Notes: generated by a model from the letters alone, not told the origin. A stretch of 63,136 bases of DNA, filler included, from Anaerolineae bacterium (GCA_041082215.1; 8 parts of 8 records of this genome joined end to end with filler, not necessarily neighbours in it); one strand, 5' to 3'; shown: positions 35,318-45,062, counted from the first letter of the whole stretch. Made by a program: numbers and translations.

Positions 35318-37112
35318 GGGGCGGGCGAGGCGATTGTTGAGGCGATGGGGACTTCCCCTGAATGTGATCCTGCTGGCGCTCCCTTTGCTTGTCTTCTGGC
35401 TGCTCGTCGCCCTTGGGCTCTTCTTTATCTCCCTGGGCCTGCTTTGTTTGCTCGGTGTTCAGACCGCTGATAAGGAAGTGAGCGCACTGGTGGGCATGCT
35501 GATCGCTACTGCTATCGGGTTTGCCGTGCAGCAGTGGAACACTCTGGATCAGGCGGAAAAAGAAAGGCGCGATCTGCGACAGAGGGCGCTGGAGGAGATC
35601 GAGGGGCTGAGGGAGAGCCTGCGGTCAGGGGACTATGCCCATGCTCTCTCGCTGTATCAGGCTTTTCGGAAGAGACTGGTGTGGGGGGCATGGCAGGAAT
35701 TGGAGGTTGAGCAGGCTCTGGAGAACGCCTGGCTGGCAGCGCCCTCGCCGCTGAGGGTGTGGGCGGACCTGTGCGAAGGGCTGAAGGGACTGAAGAGTAA
35801 CTGGGAATGTATCGAGGCGCTCGTATGGGCCTGGCGGCTTGGGGAGGACAAGGCCGGGCAGAAGTTGGATGAGGTGATCTCAGGGGAAACGCTCTGCCAG
35901 GTAAGCGAGGTCCTGCAGAGTGACCCAGCGGGTGTGCTGCTCTTGCGCAGTCCGGCTATTGGCCGGAGGTTGGACGCTCTAAGGGGGAAGGAGCTGAGCG
36001 CGGAACAAAAGAAGTGCCTGGAGGATCTGACCACGCTACGACAGCGGCCGGTCCGGCTGCCCCTGCCCTGGCGTGGGGCGGAGCGGCCTCCCGATCCGAG
36101 GGAGATCCGTGAGGCAGTAGAGAGATTGGGGCTTCAAGATAATCCGTTCGGGCCGGAACAGGCCGAGCTGGACCCGCGTCTCAAAGACTATGGAATCTGG
36201 CCCCGCTCTCTGGACCAGGCACGAGGGCCCCGGCCGGCTCTGGTGTTCGGTCCTTCGGGCTCCGGCAAGACGGCGGCGGCTTTGCTCCTGACCCTCAAGT
36301 GTCTTTCCCCGCCTGCAAGTCCTGAGGAAGGGAACGTTTTCCCGGTGTGGCTGGGGCCTGTGGTCGAAGCCTGGCCTGAAGCCAGTGCAGGCTGGCTGGA
36401 GCTTATCGGCCGGGCCCTGGCAGAGGCGTTGCTCCAGGTTAGTGCGCTGGACCCCTATGCCCTCTTCGAACAGGAAGCGGGAGTGGCGTCGGCGATCGCT
36501 TTCCTGCTTTCCAAGGTTTTCGGAGCAGGTGCGCTCGACCAGCATCTGCGAAGGGCGGGCCTCCAGGATGGGGCCCGGCATTACGTTCTGAGCGAGATTC
36601 GGAGGTGGGCTGGGGAGCTTGCCTCGGAGACCCATCTGGACGAATACACTTCTCTTGACCTGATCGGCAAGGCACGGCCCGCCGAACTGGCGTGCACCTA
36701 CGTATTCCTTGATCTCCCAAACGGGCTTCGCGTGAGGAGTCCATCTACGGCTGCTTCTCTGGCTTCTTTACTGGAGATGGGGCTGCCGCTGGCGTCCAGA
36801 GGGGTGTACCTGAAGGTGTTTCTGCCGGAGTGTCTGCAAGGGGACCTCGCCGGATTCTGGTTTGAGGAGCCGCTCTCCCTTACCTGGCAGGGGGATGAAC
36901 TGAGCGAGATGTTGTCCAGGCGGCTGCATATGGTCGGGTTGGATAGCCTGGCGCAGATTTGCGACTCACCGGCGCGCCGCCTCGACCCCGATCAGCAGCT
37001 TGTCCACGCTGCTGGCGGATTGCCCCGGGAGCTGGTGCGCCTGGGGAATCAGATGCTGGCGAGTGCGCGGGGTGAGCGGCTCACACCGGGGGACTTGCCA
37101 CAGGTGAGGTGA
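35301..37112 (+). CDS. Membrane-anchored P-loop NTPase (paralog A)
   Basis: 2-3 N-terminal TMs; helical region; 'LGLQDNPFGPEQAELDPRL'; Walker A GPSGSGKT; degenerate Walker B YVFLDL; KVFLP; GLPR. Confidence 0.8.
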   Translation: MPGKIRGRARRLLRRWGLPLNVILLALPLLVFWLLVALGLFFISLGLLCLLGVQTADKEVSALVGMLIATAIGFAVQQWNTLDQAEKERRDLRQRALEEIEGLRESLRSGDYAHALSLYQAFRKRLVWGAWQELEVEQALENAWLAAPSPLRVWADLCEGLKGLKSNWECIEALVWAWRLGEDKAGQKLDEVISGETLCQVSEVLQSDPAGVLLLRSPAIGRRLDALRGKELSAEQKKCLEDLTTLRQRPVRLPLPWRGAERPPDPREIREAVERLGLQDNPFGPEQAELDPRLKDYGIWPRSLDQARGPRPALVFGPSGSGKTAAALLLTLKCLSPPASPEEGNVFPVWLGPVVEAWPEASAGWLELIGRALAEALLQVSALDPYALFEQEAGVASAIAFLLSKVFGAGALDQHLRRAGLQDGARHYVLSEIRRWAGELASETHLDEYTSLDLIGKARPAELACTYVFLDLPNGLRVRSPSTAASLASLLEMGLPLASRGVYLKVFLPECLQGDLAGFWFEEPLSLTWQGDELSEMLSRRLHMVGLDSLAQICDSPARRLDPDQQLVHAAGGLPRELVRLGNQMLASARGERLTPGDLPQVR

Positions 37113-37113
37113 C

Positions 37114-38508
37114 GTGTTGAAGGGGCAGGTTCAGGCTCCCGGGCTGGCTGTTTTCGGCAGCCTGCGGGCAGACGACGAGCCCTGGCTGGCGGAGTGCTTT
37201 GTCCCGCCGGATGATTTCAGGCTGATGGAGGAGGAAGGCTCCATCGCCGTCTTTGGCCCCCCCGGTTCCGGGAAGTCGGCCGTTCGGGAGATGCTGGTCA
37301 GGCGATGCCGGGAAGTTTCGGAAGGCCGTCGGCGTCGCCTGATCGCCTGCTGGCGGTTTGACCCGCTCGCTCTTGGGCCGAGCCTGGGCCCCCGTTCCCT
37401 CCCCGGGCAGGTGGCTGGTGTCCTCGATTCCTGCGCTATGGCTGTGCTGGAGTATGTGGCTGCCTGTCCTTCGGAATGGGGCAATGCTCCAGAGTGGGTG
37501 CGCAGGTATCTCACCTGGTTTGTCCGCCGCTTCGCACAGGGGGACATCGTCAGTCGGGCAGGCTATTTGCTGGAGGAGGAGAGAGGGACTGGTTCGGATA
37601 TTGTGGCCCAGCTTCTCCGCGCCGAGATCGAACAGGACCCGGTGCCACCTCACAACTGGCCTCAGGTCGCTGCTGAACTGGCCAAAGCGCTGGTCCGCCT
37701 TGGGCTGGGAGGGGTTTGGGTGGTGGTGGACGGGCTGGAGCCGTGGGTGGAGGCTCAGTTCGACCAGGTGGTCTCTTCATTGAGCGCCCTTTTTTCCGCC
37801 CTTCCGCTGTTTGAGCAGGCCGCGTTTGCATATAAAGTGTTCCTCCCCTCGGTCCTTCAGCCCGGTCTGGCGGCCGCCGCCGGGGTGGAGCGGAGTCGGA
37901 TCCAGCCCTATTCGCTTGTCTGGCGGGAGGAGCAACTGGTCGAGATGGTGGAGCGCAGGATCGCCGTGGCACTCGGCAGACCGCGGTTTGCTTTGTCGGA
38001 GCTGTGCTCCGCTGCGGGCCTGCTGGAGTGGCTGAGGCGAGGGGGAGGAAATCGCCCCCGGGCCTGGCTGGAGCTGATCCGCCCGCTGGTGACCCGATAC
38101 ATATCCGACCGGCGGGAGCAGCCGATCAAGGAGGATGAGTGGAAAGAGCTGCGCCGTCAGGCTCCCCCGCGCCTTTTCCTGGACGAGGTGAACCGACGGG
38201 TGGTTGTGGGAGGACGGGAGGTCAGCATCGAGGAGATGACCAGCGGCGGATACCGGCTTTTCCGCTATCTTTACAAAAATGCCGGACGGGTTGTGCCGTG
38301 GGACGAGCTGTACTATCGGGGTTACCGCGGCATGGACCGCCAGCCTCTCGCGGTGGGAGATGAAGGTTATGAAGCCCCGACCTCTTACGAGGGCGTCCTC
38401 TACAGCAGAATCTCCGACGTCCGCAAGGCGATCGAGCCGGACCCTGAGGACCCGCTTTACCTGGATACGGTCCGGGGCGAAGGGGTTGTCCTGAGGCTGG
38501 GATGGTGA
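37114..38508 (+). CDS. P-loop NTPase with C-terminal OmpR-type winged-helix DNA-binding domain (paralog B)
   Basis: GPPGSGKS; VWVVVDGLE; KVFLP; C-terminus 'YRLFRYLYKNAGRVV..L...ISDVRKAIEPDPEDPLYLDTVRGEG'; start codon GTG/TTG uncertain. Confidence 0.85.
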   Translation: MLKGQVQAPGLAVFGSLRADDEPWLAECFVPPDDFRLMEEEGSIAVFGPPGSGKSAVREMLVRRCREVSEGRRRRLIACWRFDPLALGPSLGPRSLPGQVAGVLDSCAMAVLEYVAACPSEWGNAPEWVRRYLTWFVRRFAQGDIVSRAGYLLEEERGTGSDIVAQLLRAEIEQDPVPPHNWPQVAAELAKALVRLGLGGVWVVVDGLEPWVEAQFDQVVSSLSALFSALPLFEQAAFAYKVFLPSVLQPGLAAAAGVERSRIQPYSLVWREEQLVEMVERRIAVALGRPRFALSELCSAAGLLEWLRRGGGNRPRAWLELIRPLVTRYISDRREQPIKEDEWKELRRQAPPRLFLDEVNRRVVVGGREVSIEEMTSGGYRLFRYLYKNAGRVVPWDELYYRGYRGMDRQPLAVGDEGYEAPTSYEGVLYSRISDVRKAIEPDPEDPLYLDTVRGEGVVLRLGW

Positions 38509-38549
38509 TCAACCCGGGTTGTGAGGTTGTTGTTAGAAATTCTGGAGAT

Positions 38550-38600
38550 GATTAACAGGCAATTGGCAGAGAATCAGGAAGCAGTCAGGGTAGAATTAAG
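38550..38600. promoter_or_regulatory. Five 11-bp-phased direct repeats (candidate wHTH operator)
   Basis: GATTAAC (38550), AATTGGC (38561), AATCAGG (38572), AGTCAGG (38583), AATTAAG (38594). Confidence 0.45.
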
Positions 38601-38664
38601 AGCGTCCTGGACGTAAAGCATGGGGGGCGAGTTTTGTTTCTTTTGCAAGAGGGGTTATCTATAA

Positions 38665-39903
38665 ATGTCCGTTCTGAGAGGGACGACCGACAGATCGTCC
38701 ACATGTGGCGGGAGTGAGGAGGGCGAGGGCGAAAAGGAACGAAGGTGGCTGAGGGAAGAGCTGGGGTTACGGTTTGATCCGTTCCGGCATCTGGATGCCG
38801 GGGCGGACCCTTATCTTCCTGCTTATCTCATTGATCACGATGCTTTTATAGATCTGTGGGGAGATTGGCCTTCGTTTCTTTTCGCCCCCGCGGGCGGGGG
38901 AAAAACTGCCTTCCGGGTGCGTCTTGCTCGGGCCTGCAGGGTGGAGCAGGACGGTCGCCGGATACTCCCCGTAGTTTTTTATCCTCCCCGACCGTCTCCT
39001 GAGGGCACAGTCCCTGAAGAACCCGCCTACTTCGAAGCTCTCCTGCAGGGTATCGGGGCCGCGCTTCTCCTCCAACTGGCCTACATGCCGGATCGTTTCC
39101 TGGAGCTTTCGGAAACCCTGCGAGGAAGGGTACGTACAGCTCTGGAGCACAATTTCCCCGGTTCCCTGGACTACTATCTTGCCCAGCTAGAAGATGCAGG
39201 CTCGCTGGCCCCCCTCGCCCAGGCTTTTGATCGGACGGCTGCAGGGGCGCCCGGTGGGTCGCCCCTTCCAGCCGAGCCTTCGGCTGGCCGGATCCGGACC
39301 CTCTGCGCAGGGATCCGGGAAGCCCCGGTCGGAAACGGCCTGCCGCAAGCAGCCGAGGAGCGCCTTCGCTGGTTGATCGAACTGCTGAAGGATGGGCTGG
39401 GATATGAGAGCATTTACCTGCTTGTAGATGGGGTGGATGCATACGTACAGGACCCCTCCTTCGCCCTCCGCCTTCTCCAACCCCTGCTGGATCGGTTACA
39501 GGCCTGGTCGGAACAGGCCTTTTTTGTCAAATTTTTCCTGCCGACGGAATTACGCCCTCTCCTGGAAGGAAAGTTACAAAACCTATTGACATCACGACCG
39601 AAAGTCACTATAATAAAGTGGGATGAAAGGATGCTGGTCCGGGTGATCCGGGAGCGCCTCTACCTGGCCAGCGACGGGATGTACGACAGCCTGGAGGCGA
39701 TTTCGACCAGGGATGTCGGTGGTCAAATAGAAGAACGGCTGGCAGAGATCGTGCGTCCCCCACTGCCCCGGCAGATCCTCTATCTCACCCAGCGGGTGTT
39801 TGTCGAGCATATGAAGCGGGTAGGACCCTATGGTCGTCTGGAAAGCCAGGATTTCGCGGCGGCTCAGGAGTGGTATAGGGGCCAAAGAGGAGCAGGGAGC
39901 TAA
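38665..39903 (+). CDS. Stand-alone P-loop NTPase (paralog C)
   Basis: 'LGLRFDPFRHLDAGADPYL'; APAGGGKT; IYLLVDGVD; KFFLP; PLPR. Confidence 0.82.
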   Translation: MSVLRGTTDRSSTCGGSEEGEGEKERRWLREELGLRFDPFRHLDAGADPYLPAYLIDHDAFIDLWGDWPSFLFAPAGGGKTAFRVRLARACRVEQDGRRILPVVFYPPRPSPEGTVPEEPAYFEALLQGIGAALLLQLAYMPDRFLELSETLRGRVRTALEHNFPGSLDYYLAQLEDAGSLAPLAQAFDRTAAGAPGGSPLPAEPSAGRIRTLCAGIREAPVGNGLPQAAEERLRWLIELLKDGLGYESIYLLVDGVDAYVQDPSFALRLLQPLLDRLQAWSEQAFFVKFFLPTELRPLLEGKLQNLLTSRPKVTIIKWDERMLVRVIRERLYLASDGMYDSLEAISTRDVGGQIEERLAEIVRPPLPRQILYLTQRVFVEHMKRVGPYGRLESQDFAAAQEWYRGQRGAGS

Positions 39904-39961
39904 ATCACAGGCACTGAGTGGTTATGATTGGTTCTGTCTTCAGTTTCAGTGGCCCGAGTGC

Positions 39962-40019
39962 GAGGGTGTCAAGTTAGTAGGGGCGCAGCGCACTGCGCCC
40001 CTACTAACTTGACACCCTC
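39962..40019. repeat. Perfect 27-bp-stem palindrome containing GTAG-REP core
   Basis: GAGGGTGTCAAGTTAGTAGGGGCGCAG-CGCA-exact reverse complement. Confidence 0.92.
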
Positions 40020-40040
40020 TTCGTTTCTGGGGGTAGAGCG

Positions 40041-41165
40041 ATGGCAGACCCATTGATACCATCTTATCACAAAGATTATTTCGTGGACCGTGAGGGGGAG
40101 GTCTCCCGGGTGCATGAAAAGGTCCAGCGCCTGTTAAAAGGCGAGAGGCCCCATCTCCCTCACACTCTTTTCTACGGCCCCCGCGGGAGAGGCAAATCCT
40201 GGCTCCTGCGTTACCTGGCCTGCTATCTGCAAGAGAAGGAAGAATTCCAGAACAGGGTCCGGGTCCTGTACCTGGTTCTGGTGCGGGGTGAATCGGCCGC
40301 CGGAGAAGGACCGGCCGGAACGCTGGAGCTGGAGGCGGCGAAGGCGAACGCCGATCCGGAGGCCGCGGTCGGCCGGGTCCTGAGTAAGGCTTTAGAGCAG
40401 TTGGGGCTTTCGCCTGTCCCCAGGGTAGATTTGGCTCAGGCAAGCGCGTGGCTGGTAGAGCGGGTTCGGGAGGGTAAGCCCCTGGTTGTGCTCGTGGACG
40501 GGCTGGATGAGGCCTCCCCCTCGCTTCTGGGGTGCCTGGAATCCTACTATCTCGCCGTTCTGGCCAAAGAAACTAACGTCCTCCTCATCCTGGGCAGCCG
40601 CGTCCCGCGCCCTCAGGGGTACACGTGGAGGATGATGGAACTCAGGTATAAAGTAGAGGAGTTCCAGCTCGAGTCGTTTGATAAGAAACAAACAGAAGAG
40701 CAATTGCAGAAGTTGCGGGTGGACCCGTCCGTGGCCGATGAAGTGGGGGAGGCCGGAGAGGGCAATCCCCTCAGCAATGCGGTGCTGGGGAAACTGTGGA
40801 AGAAAGATAAGGCCGAGGCGCTTCAGCGTTGCGCTGAAGAGCTGCTGGACGGTGTGGATGAGGAACTGCGCGGCTATTTCTGGGCCCTCTGTCCTCTGCC
40901 CGCTGTCTATGAAGAGCAGATGCCTCCTCTGCTGGCTGCCTACTTTGGGAAAGATCCGTCGGTCTGGAGCTTCCAGAGCTGCCGGCGCATTCTGCAGGAT
41001 ATGGTGGCGACACGCCTGACACGATGGCAGGCAGGTGAGGGGTATGTGATGGACCCGGCCGTTCGGTCGGTGCTGACAAGGGCGCTGCAGGAAAACGATC
41101 CGCCGCGCTGGGAGAAGTTGAAGCAGGCTTCTGTAGGACAAGCTTCAGCTTGTCCTACAATCTGA
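40041..41165 (+). CDS. Short STAND-class (AAA_16/NB-ARC-like) NTPase
   Basis: FVDREGE; GPRGRGKS; VVLVDGLDE; LILGSR sensor; GNPL motif; no sensor repeats. Confidence 0.82.
   Translation: MADPLIPSYHKDYFVDREGEVSRVHEKVQRLLKGERPHLPHTLFYGPRGRGKSWLLRYLACYLQEKEEFQNRVRVLYLVLVRGESAAGEGPAGTLELEAAKANADPEAAVGRVLSKALEQLGLSPVPRVDLAQASAWLVERVREGKPLVVLVDGLDEASPSLLGCLESYYLAVLAKETNVLLILGSRVPRPQGYTWRMMELRYKVEEFQLESFDKKQTEEQLQKLRVDPSVADEVGEAGEGNPLSNAVLGKLWKKDKAEALQRCAEELLDGVDEELRGYFWALCPLPAVYEEQMPPLLAAYFGKDPSVWSFQSCRRILQDMVATRLTRWQAGEGYVMDPAVRSVLTRALQENDPPRWEKLKQASVGQASACPTI
41132..41159. repeat. GTAG-type palindrome forming the 3' end of the 40041 gene
   Basis: TGTAGGACAAGC-TTCA-GCTTGTCCTACA. Confidence 0.8.
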
Positions 41166-41187
41166 GGGCGCAGGGCAGGAGGTAGCG

Positions 41188-43890
41188 ATGAGAATGCCCA
41201 GTTTTCTGGCCGAGTATGCAGGCGCGCTGGTGACCGCCGATGTGGTCGGTCGTCAGGATGTTCTGGAGGAGATCCGTCAGGCTATAGAGGGGGAAGGGAC
41301 CCGGGTCTTCTACCTGGTGGGGCAGGGAGGCATTGGCAAGACCTGCCTGGTGCGGGCGGTGTTGCGGCGATGCCAGCCGGGCGACGAGCAGGAGAGCCGG
41401 CCCGCAGGGGAATGGTACCGCGATGGCCTCATTGCTGCCTCGCCCGACCTTCTGGTAGACCTGTATCACACGACGACGCATACCCGCGAGGGGCTGGCCC
41501 GCGCGCTGCGGGAGAGCCTGGCCGGCGCGAAGGGGGCTTTTCAGCAGTTTGATGCGGCTTATGAGGAGTGGGAGAAGAAGAAGTTCGACCTGGCGGGAAT
41601 GCTGAAGGAGCTCTCGCAATTGCGGGACCGGGTGAGCGAGGCTTTTCTGGATGACCTGAAGGCCCTTGCCCGGGAGCGCCGGGTGGTGATCGCGCTGGAT
41701 ACGGCCGAGCGGCTGTTATACGGAGAGGACGAGATCCAGCGGCGGCTCGGCCTGGAGCCGGAAGAGGTGGACGCGCTCGACTGGCTGCGGCAGATCCTAC
41801 CTCAGCTCGAGAATGTGGTTCTCCTCATCGCCGGGCGGCCCGAACCCCGGCGGCTACGGGAGGAATTAGAATCCATTTTGCAGGACCGGCTGGTCGTTAG
41901 GGAGCTGAAGAGCCTCGATCTGGAGGGCACAAAAGCCTACTTCCAGGCGGTGGCGGCGAGGGCGCAGAAGCTGGGGATGGATGACGTGGCAGGACAGGTC
42001 GAGGCCATCCCCGAGGACATCCGCCAGGTGATCTGGAAATACACTGGGGGCCGGCCGATCCTGCTGGCGCTGATGATTGACTACCTGCTCGTGTCCGATG
42101 AACTGTTACCACGGGTCAAAGAGCCGGTGGAGCAGGTATGGGAGCGCGAGGAGAAGGAGCTGGAGGCTATTCGGGAGGAGGTGGAGCGGGAACTGGTCCG
42201 CTTCTGGCAGGAATCGGGTCGGGAGGCAGACCAGGCCATCATCGCCCTGGCCTGGGCCCCCAAGGGGATGGATGCGGAGCTTCTGGCGCGGGTGGCCGAG
42301 TTAAGGCGTGACGATGGAGAATGGGATATCGAGCGCGCCCAGGAGTGGCTGGATGAGATCCGCAACCTTTCCTTCATCAAAGTCCGCCCGGCCGATGAGC
42401 GGGTGTTTCTCCACGACGAGATGTACGCCCTCTTCCAGAAGCACGTGCTGTCCATTGTGCCGGAGGTGCGCAGGGAGCGTGTGTATGGGGCGATTCTGGA
42501 TTATTACAGGGGTCGCATCACCCCCATGCGCCAGCGCGTTTGTGAGCTCTCCCAGCCCCGACGGGCGGATGAGCAGAGGGTGGAGCTGGGGGTGCCCCGG
42601 CCCCCGGACGATCCGGCGGCGCTGGCACGGGCCACGGCACGGCTGTGGATGTTGATGGCGGAGGAGGTTTATTACCGCCTGCGGTATGAGCCGGTAGATG
42701 GTTATAAGACCTACTCGAGCTATGTGAAAGAGGCTTACTGGAGTCATGAGGATGCTTTGGAACGGCTTCTACGTACCGAGTTGCTGGATTTTCGAAAGCA
42801 CTGGGAAGACAGAGGGTTCCCTGGAAAACTTCAAAGGGCAGTCGTTGATATAGGCGCCGGATTGCGACGGGTGGAGCGACTGAGGAGAGACTTCAAGTTT
42901 GACGAGGCTGTTTCGCTAGCCAGGGATATAAGGCAAAAGTGTTCCGATCTACTAAAAGAGGCAGGTACGCTGACAGAGATAGAACTCAGGGTACTGGAAG
43001 GGGAGATTCAAACCTATCAGGGTAGGAAGGAAAAGTTGGAGCGAGTTGGAGCGCTCCTTGAAGAGAGTATCAAGAAGGTTAGCGATTTTCGTCCAGGGGA
43101 TGAATTTGAGGAGTGGCGGCGCCAGGTGCTGCTGGCCGAGGCCTACAATGTGCTGGGGTACTACTACCGTAATCTGGGTCAATTCCGTAAAGCTGTGGAG
43201 GCTTACAGGCAGGCAGTGGCACAGTGGCGTCTGCTTGAACAAAAGGAGCGGGATCCGCTCCGGCGGATGGCGCTGCGGGCCCAGCACGCCAACACACTGA
43301 ACAACCTCTCCTGGGCGCTGGCAGAGCAGGGCCGCCTTGCGGAGGCCGGCCATCTCTGCGAAGACGCGCTGGAGATGCGGGTTGCGCTGGGGCCGGCCGG
43401 CCCTGTCGCCTTCAGCCTCAACACCTACGGCCTGGTCCTGGTGCGGGATGATAAGCCCCACCGGGCGCGGGTGATGACCAGCCGCGCCATGGGGATCTTC
43501 CGCAATCTGGATTACCCCCGGGGGATCGGGCTTGCCAGCATCGCTCTGGCAGAAGCGCTGCGGCGGATGAGCGCGATCGAGTACCTTTACGCCCCTGAGG
43601 AGAAGGCTGACCTGCTCCATCAGGCGGCTCGATACGCCAATGAGGCGGTGGAGATCTTCGGCGGTCCTCAGGTGCGGGAGCGCTCCCGCCTGATCGAGGC
43701 GCTCATCGAACGGGGATGCGTCTACCGCCAGTGGGCGTGGCTCCGGCCGCAGTATGAGGCGGAGAAAGATCCGCCCCAGGAGGAGCTGGCCCGACAGTCC
43801 GAAGAGGACCTGCGGCGAGCGATGGAGGAGGCCGGCGAGGAGATGGCCTACCGGCGGCTGGACGCGCATGTGAACCTGGCCTGGCTTTAC
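41188..43890 (+). CDS. STAND NTPase with C-terminal TPR repeats (3'-truncated)
   Basis: VVGRQD; GQGGIGKT; VIALDTAE; IAGR; TGGRP; LHD motif; TPR-like 'AYNVLGYYYRNLGQFRKAVEAYRQA' and 'ANTLNNLSWALAEQGRLAEA'. Confidence 0.88.
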
Positions 43891-43990
43891 NNNNNNNNNN
43901 NNNNNNNNNNNNNNNNNNNNNNNNNNNNNNNNNNTTAATTAATTAANNNNNNNNNNNNNNNNNNNNNNNNNNNNNNNNNNNNNNNNNNNN
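43891..43990. other. Artificial contig spacer
   Basis: N-run with TTAATTAATTAA. Confidence 0.99.
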
Positions 43991-44989
43991 GCCGTTCTCG
44001 TTGACCCGCGCCGTCTCGGTGAGGACGTTGATCTGCTCCAGGCCGTGGCGCAGGCCGATTTCGTAGTCGGTGGGGTCGTGGGCCGGGGTCACTTTGACCG
44101 CGCCGGTCCCGAAGGCCGGGTCCACGGCCTCATCGGCAATGATGGGGATGCGACGGCCCAGGGCCGGGAGGACGGCCGTCTTCCCGACCAGGTCCCGGTA
44201 CCGTTCATCCTCGGGGTGGACAGCGACAGCGGTATCGCCCAGGATGGTCTCCGGGCGGGTGGTGGCGACCTGGATGAAGCGAGTGGCTCCCTCTGCCCAA
44301 CGGCCGCTGCCCCATTCGGCGGTCGGGCCAGACCAGTTTTCGTCTATGAGGGGATAGCGGACGGTCCACAGGTGGCCGGCTTCCTCCTGATGGATGTTCT
44401 CCAGGTCGGAGATGGCGGTGGTGCAGCGGGGACACCAGTTCACCATATACTTGCCCCGGTAGATCAGGCCCTTCTTGTAGAGGCGAACGAAGGCGGTGCG
44501 GACCGCGCGGGAGAGGTCAGGATCCATGGTGAAGCGCTCCCGCGTCCAGTCGCAGGAGACGCCCAGGTGCTTGTGCTGCTGGGTGATGATGGCGCGGTGC
44601 TTCTGGGCCCACTCCCAGCAGCGCTGGACGAATCGCTCCCGGCCCAGGTCGTGGCGGGTGAGGCCCTCTTTGCGCAGGTCCCGCTCCACGACGTTCTGGG
44701 TGGCAATCCCAGCGTGGTCGGTGCCGGGGAGGAAGAGGGTATCGTAGCCGCGCATGCGGTAGTAGCGGGTCTGGAGGTCCTCCACGGCGGCGGTCATGGC
44801 GTGGCCCAGGTGGAGGACGCCGGTCACGTTGGGCGGGGGCATAGTGATACAGAAGCGGGGACCATCGGGAGAGGCCAGTCCCCTTTCGAGCTGTGTCTCC
44901 GGGCGGAAGTAGCCCTGCTCCTCCCACCATCGGTACAGCCGTTCCTCGATCTCCTGGAATTGGTAGATTGGGGCCAGTTTTTCGGTCAT
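43991..44989 (-). CDS. valS: Valine--tRNA ligase, N-terminal part (3'-truncated)
   Basis: PPPNVTGVLHLGHA; PGTDHAGIATQ; VATTRPET; GTGAVKVTPAHD. Confidence 0.96.
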
Positions 44990-45062
44990 CCTTCTCCCCC
45001 TGTCGTAGAGTCAGAACGTAGAGCCAATTACCAGGGCAAGCTGAAGCTTGTCCTGCAAATTA

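Noticed and set aside
35301..43890. Assignment to a named Avs or other defence system
   Set aside because: No recognisable effector domain or diagnostic partner visible; cannot be named without profile searches
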